64,000 bases of DNA from Amoebidium appalachense. Its lineage: Eukaryota; Protista; Ichthyosporea. The stretch covers positions 5,768,564 to 5,832,563 of the forward strand of contig CAVNZM010000004.1 of assembly GCA_963693365.1 (NCBI GenBank), given 5' to 3'. The first letter of the stretch is position 1. Each line of letters begins with the position of its first letter. A program made the translations under genes and the position numbers. Under the pieces are notes generated by a model. The model made no database searches. It worked only from the letters and a program-made list of their open reading frames with translations, and was not told the origin of the DNA. Positions 63,647 through 64,000 of the stretch are shown here, piece by piece.

Positions 63647-64000
63647 GTGCAGATGTTGTGTGTCCACTGTGCTCTTTGGATATAATGGGGGTAAATAATT
63701 ATGTGCAAATTGCCTGTGTGCAGATGTTGTGTGTCCACTGTGCTCTGTGGATATAACGGGGGTAAATAATTATCTGCAAATTGCCTGTGTGCAGATGTTG
63801 TGTCCACTGTGCTCTGTGGATATAACGGGGGTAAATAATTATCTGCAAATTGCCTGTGTGCAGATGTTGTGTGTCCACTGTGCTCTTTGGATATAATGGG
63901 GGTAAATAATTATCTGCAAATTGCCTGTATGCAGATGTTGTGTGTCCACTGTGCTCTGTGGATATAACGGGGGTAAATAATTATCTGCAAATTGCCTGTG
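63647..64000. repeat. Intronic minisatellite, 71-bp unit, at least 5 copies, truncated by the window end
   Basis: gcagatgttg recurs at 63649, 63720, 63791, 63860 and 63931. Confidence 0.95.

Overview
Eukaryotic nuclear DNA with GC-rich, intron-dense genes. I traced about 120 introns by eye, mostly 55-100 nt, with a strong CTGAC/CTAAC/CTGAG branch motif and usually no polypyrimidine tract. The genes are separated by spacers full of micro- and minisatellites. Ten protein-coding genes are supported: a PH-RhoGAP (-), a MARK/AMPK-related kinase with UBA (-), ECM29 (-), uroporphyrinogen-III synthase (+), a PKA-like AGC kinase (+), an IQM-family protein (+), TMEM97/EXPERA (+), Hook (-), TXNL4B/Dim2 (+) and BRAP (+, runs off the window). 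Gene content and a 141-bp 18S rRNA fragment suggest a unicellular opisthokont, probably a holozoan such as an ichthyosporean (inference only). Much of the intergenic DNA appears to be heavily decayed non-LTR retrotransposon (LINE) ORF2 sequence, about six relics, some of which have seeded minisatellites. The most notable observations are: (1) about 7% of introns use GC donors that are poor U1 matches; (2) a 2.7-kb segment with Helitron/Helentron-like ends (terminal hairpin plus asymmetric inverted repeats) carries an 18S rRNA fragment and splits a 24-bp tandem array; (3) a diverged MITE-like family has two copies in ECM29 introns; (4) the IQM gene is compositionally atypical; (5) microsatellites seem to grow out of splice donors. 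A few frameshifts are probably assembly errors. All protein assignments come from motif recognition, not database searches.
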